From Octopus bimaculoides (Eukaryota): a stretch of 51,960 bases of DNA. Where the stretch lies: NCBI RefSeq assembly GCF_001194135.2, contig NC_068983.1, forward strand, positions 7,965,761-8,017,720, given 5' to 3'. Numbering within the stretch: position 1 is the first letter of the stretch; each line of letters opens with the position of its first letter. The notes beneath the pieces were generated by a model, which had not been told where the DNA came from, did not search any database, and saw nothing but the letters and a program-made list of their open reading frames with translations. The position numbers and the translations under genes are program-made. Positions 50,290-51,960 of this stretch are shown here, piece by piece.

Positions 50290-51960
50290 GTAAGAAGACT
50301 TGTCACTCATTCGTTAAATGACTTTTCAAACCTTGTCTATTTGCACATCCAAATCGAATTTTGGTGCAGCAATTTCATAATTGTCTAGAATCAATTTTCC
50401 TGGGAATTACAATATACACAACTATCCTCTGTTAACAAATTTCCTATATATGAATTTCATTTTATAGATAAAAATATCTCAGTATAATCCTTAATCGATC
50501 CGTTCAGTTCAGCTTGTTCCCTTCACGATTATTTCTTCCTATTCATGTCTTCTTCCACAGACCACGTCTCAATATTCACTTCGAGCAATTTTATCTGACT
50601 AATAATAACAGCAATTTGAGACACAGACGTACATATATCCACACACACACAAACACACATAAACACAGACACGCACACACACACACACACAGACAAGCAA
50701 TCACACACACACAAACACACAAATACACATACGCACACACCACATACACCACACAATTATACTAAGCAACAATTCATTGTTTTATTAAAGCATTTTATGG
50801 AACTCGGAACCAAGATGTGCCTCTTCTGATTATATGCAAATCAACGTTGGTTGCGGAGCCCTTTTCATCACTCTCAAACACTGTCGTTCATTGCTACGTT
50901 GACAGTTATTCATGTTGTCGTTACTGGAATGCGTACCAAATAATGGATAATTACAGATCAAGGTTCCATTACCAATTGCAGTATCACATACATGATGGAA
51001 ACCAAAATAAACAATATGTTTCCTTCACGGTTTTGAGCATGTCCTCATTCTCAGAGACTATTTCCAACGATATAATTGCTGGAGACTTGATCTATTACAT
51101 TACATGAATCTAACCGATATCAGAGTCTCTTGCTCTAACAAAATACAATTTCTCTCTTATACACCATTGTGAGCATATCTATCCAATATAAAAAATGATG
51201 TAAGAAATTTTGTAAGAATGCTTAATGATTTCTTTCAGTAGGTACCTCATGTACGCTGTTCTATCTTTCAAACAGTTCTAAATGAATCTCATGAAATCAC
51301 TGGGTACCATACATTTGTAATGTTTGTCGATATTACTATAAAGAAACATGACGTAATAGGTTTCATCATTATGATCTCTCTTTTACAGATTCAATACATC
51401 TCTTAACCTATTTATTCAATATATCGTTATTAGAGATGCTACTCTCTAGAATACACTTTACTTTTTAGTTTTCTGAGAATCATGAAAATTTAGAATGTCC
51501 TATTTGAGATCCTGAGACTGTGTAGTTGTACATTACGAACGTCTCGTCCAGGTGTATTATCACCGTCACGTAAAAGATAACGTTCTATGAAAATCATCAA
51601 TAGGCTTTTCTAGTATATTTACCACTGTCGTTGAGAGTGAGTAAACAATTTCCAGGAGTAAAAGTCTCGCATTTGTATATTATATAACAATCATGTTGAC
51701 TCTATCACAGCAATATATCGTTGTTTGTAAATTGCTTAATGTATTTCATCCAAATTATCAAATAATTTAGAGTATTTAAACTAATGAGAAACAGAACAAT
51801 TAAAATCATTAGAGGTCAGATCAACAAATTTTGTGTCGTCTACAATAAAGATAAAATTAGGAAGTTCAAACGACAAATTTGTATGGGAAATGGGTGACGG
51901 AATAATGGAGTTAATTACGATATTATAGAGAGATATATGCGTTGAGAGTAAATTGGTTTA

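Noticed and set aside
11467-50321. Many long ORFs containing runs of X, or HTHT/CVCV/YIYI repeats
   Set aside because: Artefacts of N gaps and dinucleotide microsatellites; not evidence of coding.

Overview
AT-rich eukaryotic scaffold with about 17 N-gaps, mostly flanked by microsatellites. The SINE families and microsatellite load suggest a cephalopod, probably Octopus (inference). Much of it is repeat debris: three tRNA-derived SINE groups, CR1 and RTE LINE fragments, two Tc1 copies, a maT/DD37D element and a decayed Chapaev3-type transposase. Two things missed by the ORF track stand out. (1) From about 24.7 kb to the end lie pieces of a tandem and inverted cluster of small intron-containing genes predicted to encode secreted cysteine-rich peptides. 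Visible parts are three homologous TATA promoters each followed by a short exon ending in GTAAG, two near-identical signal-peptide exons (MNSILFPIFLGIYMMIALTE, phase-1 donor), an intact four-Cys terminal exon (GVKVKYRHYCMEIHHQNGNPCDFTEFLKCLYDHCQ*) and a broken homologue on the minus strand. Shared intron sequence links these parts; several expected exons fall in gaps or past the window end, so no single copy is seen complete. (2) At 13.6-13.9 kb a ~245-bp palindrome bounded by a 13-bp direct repeat carries a minimal hammerhead-ribozyme motif in each arm, typical of Penelope-like retroelements. All alignments and repeat-family names were made by eye or from memory, without database searches.
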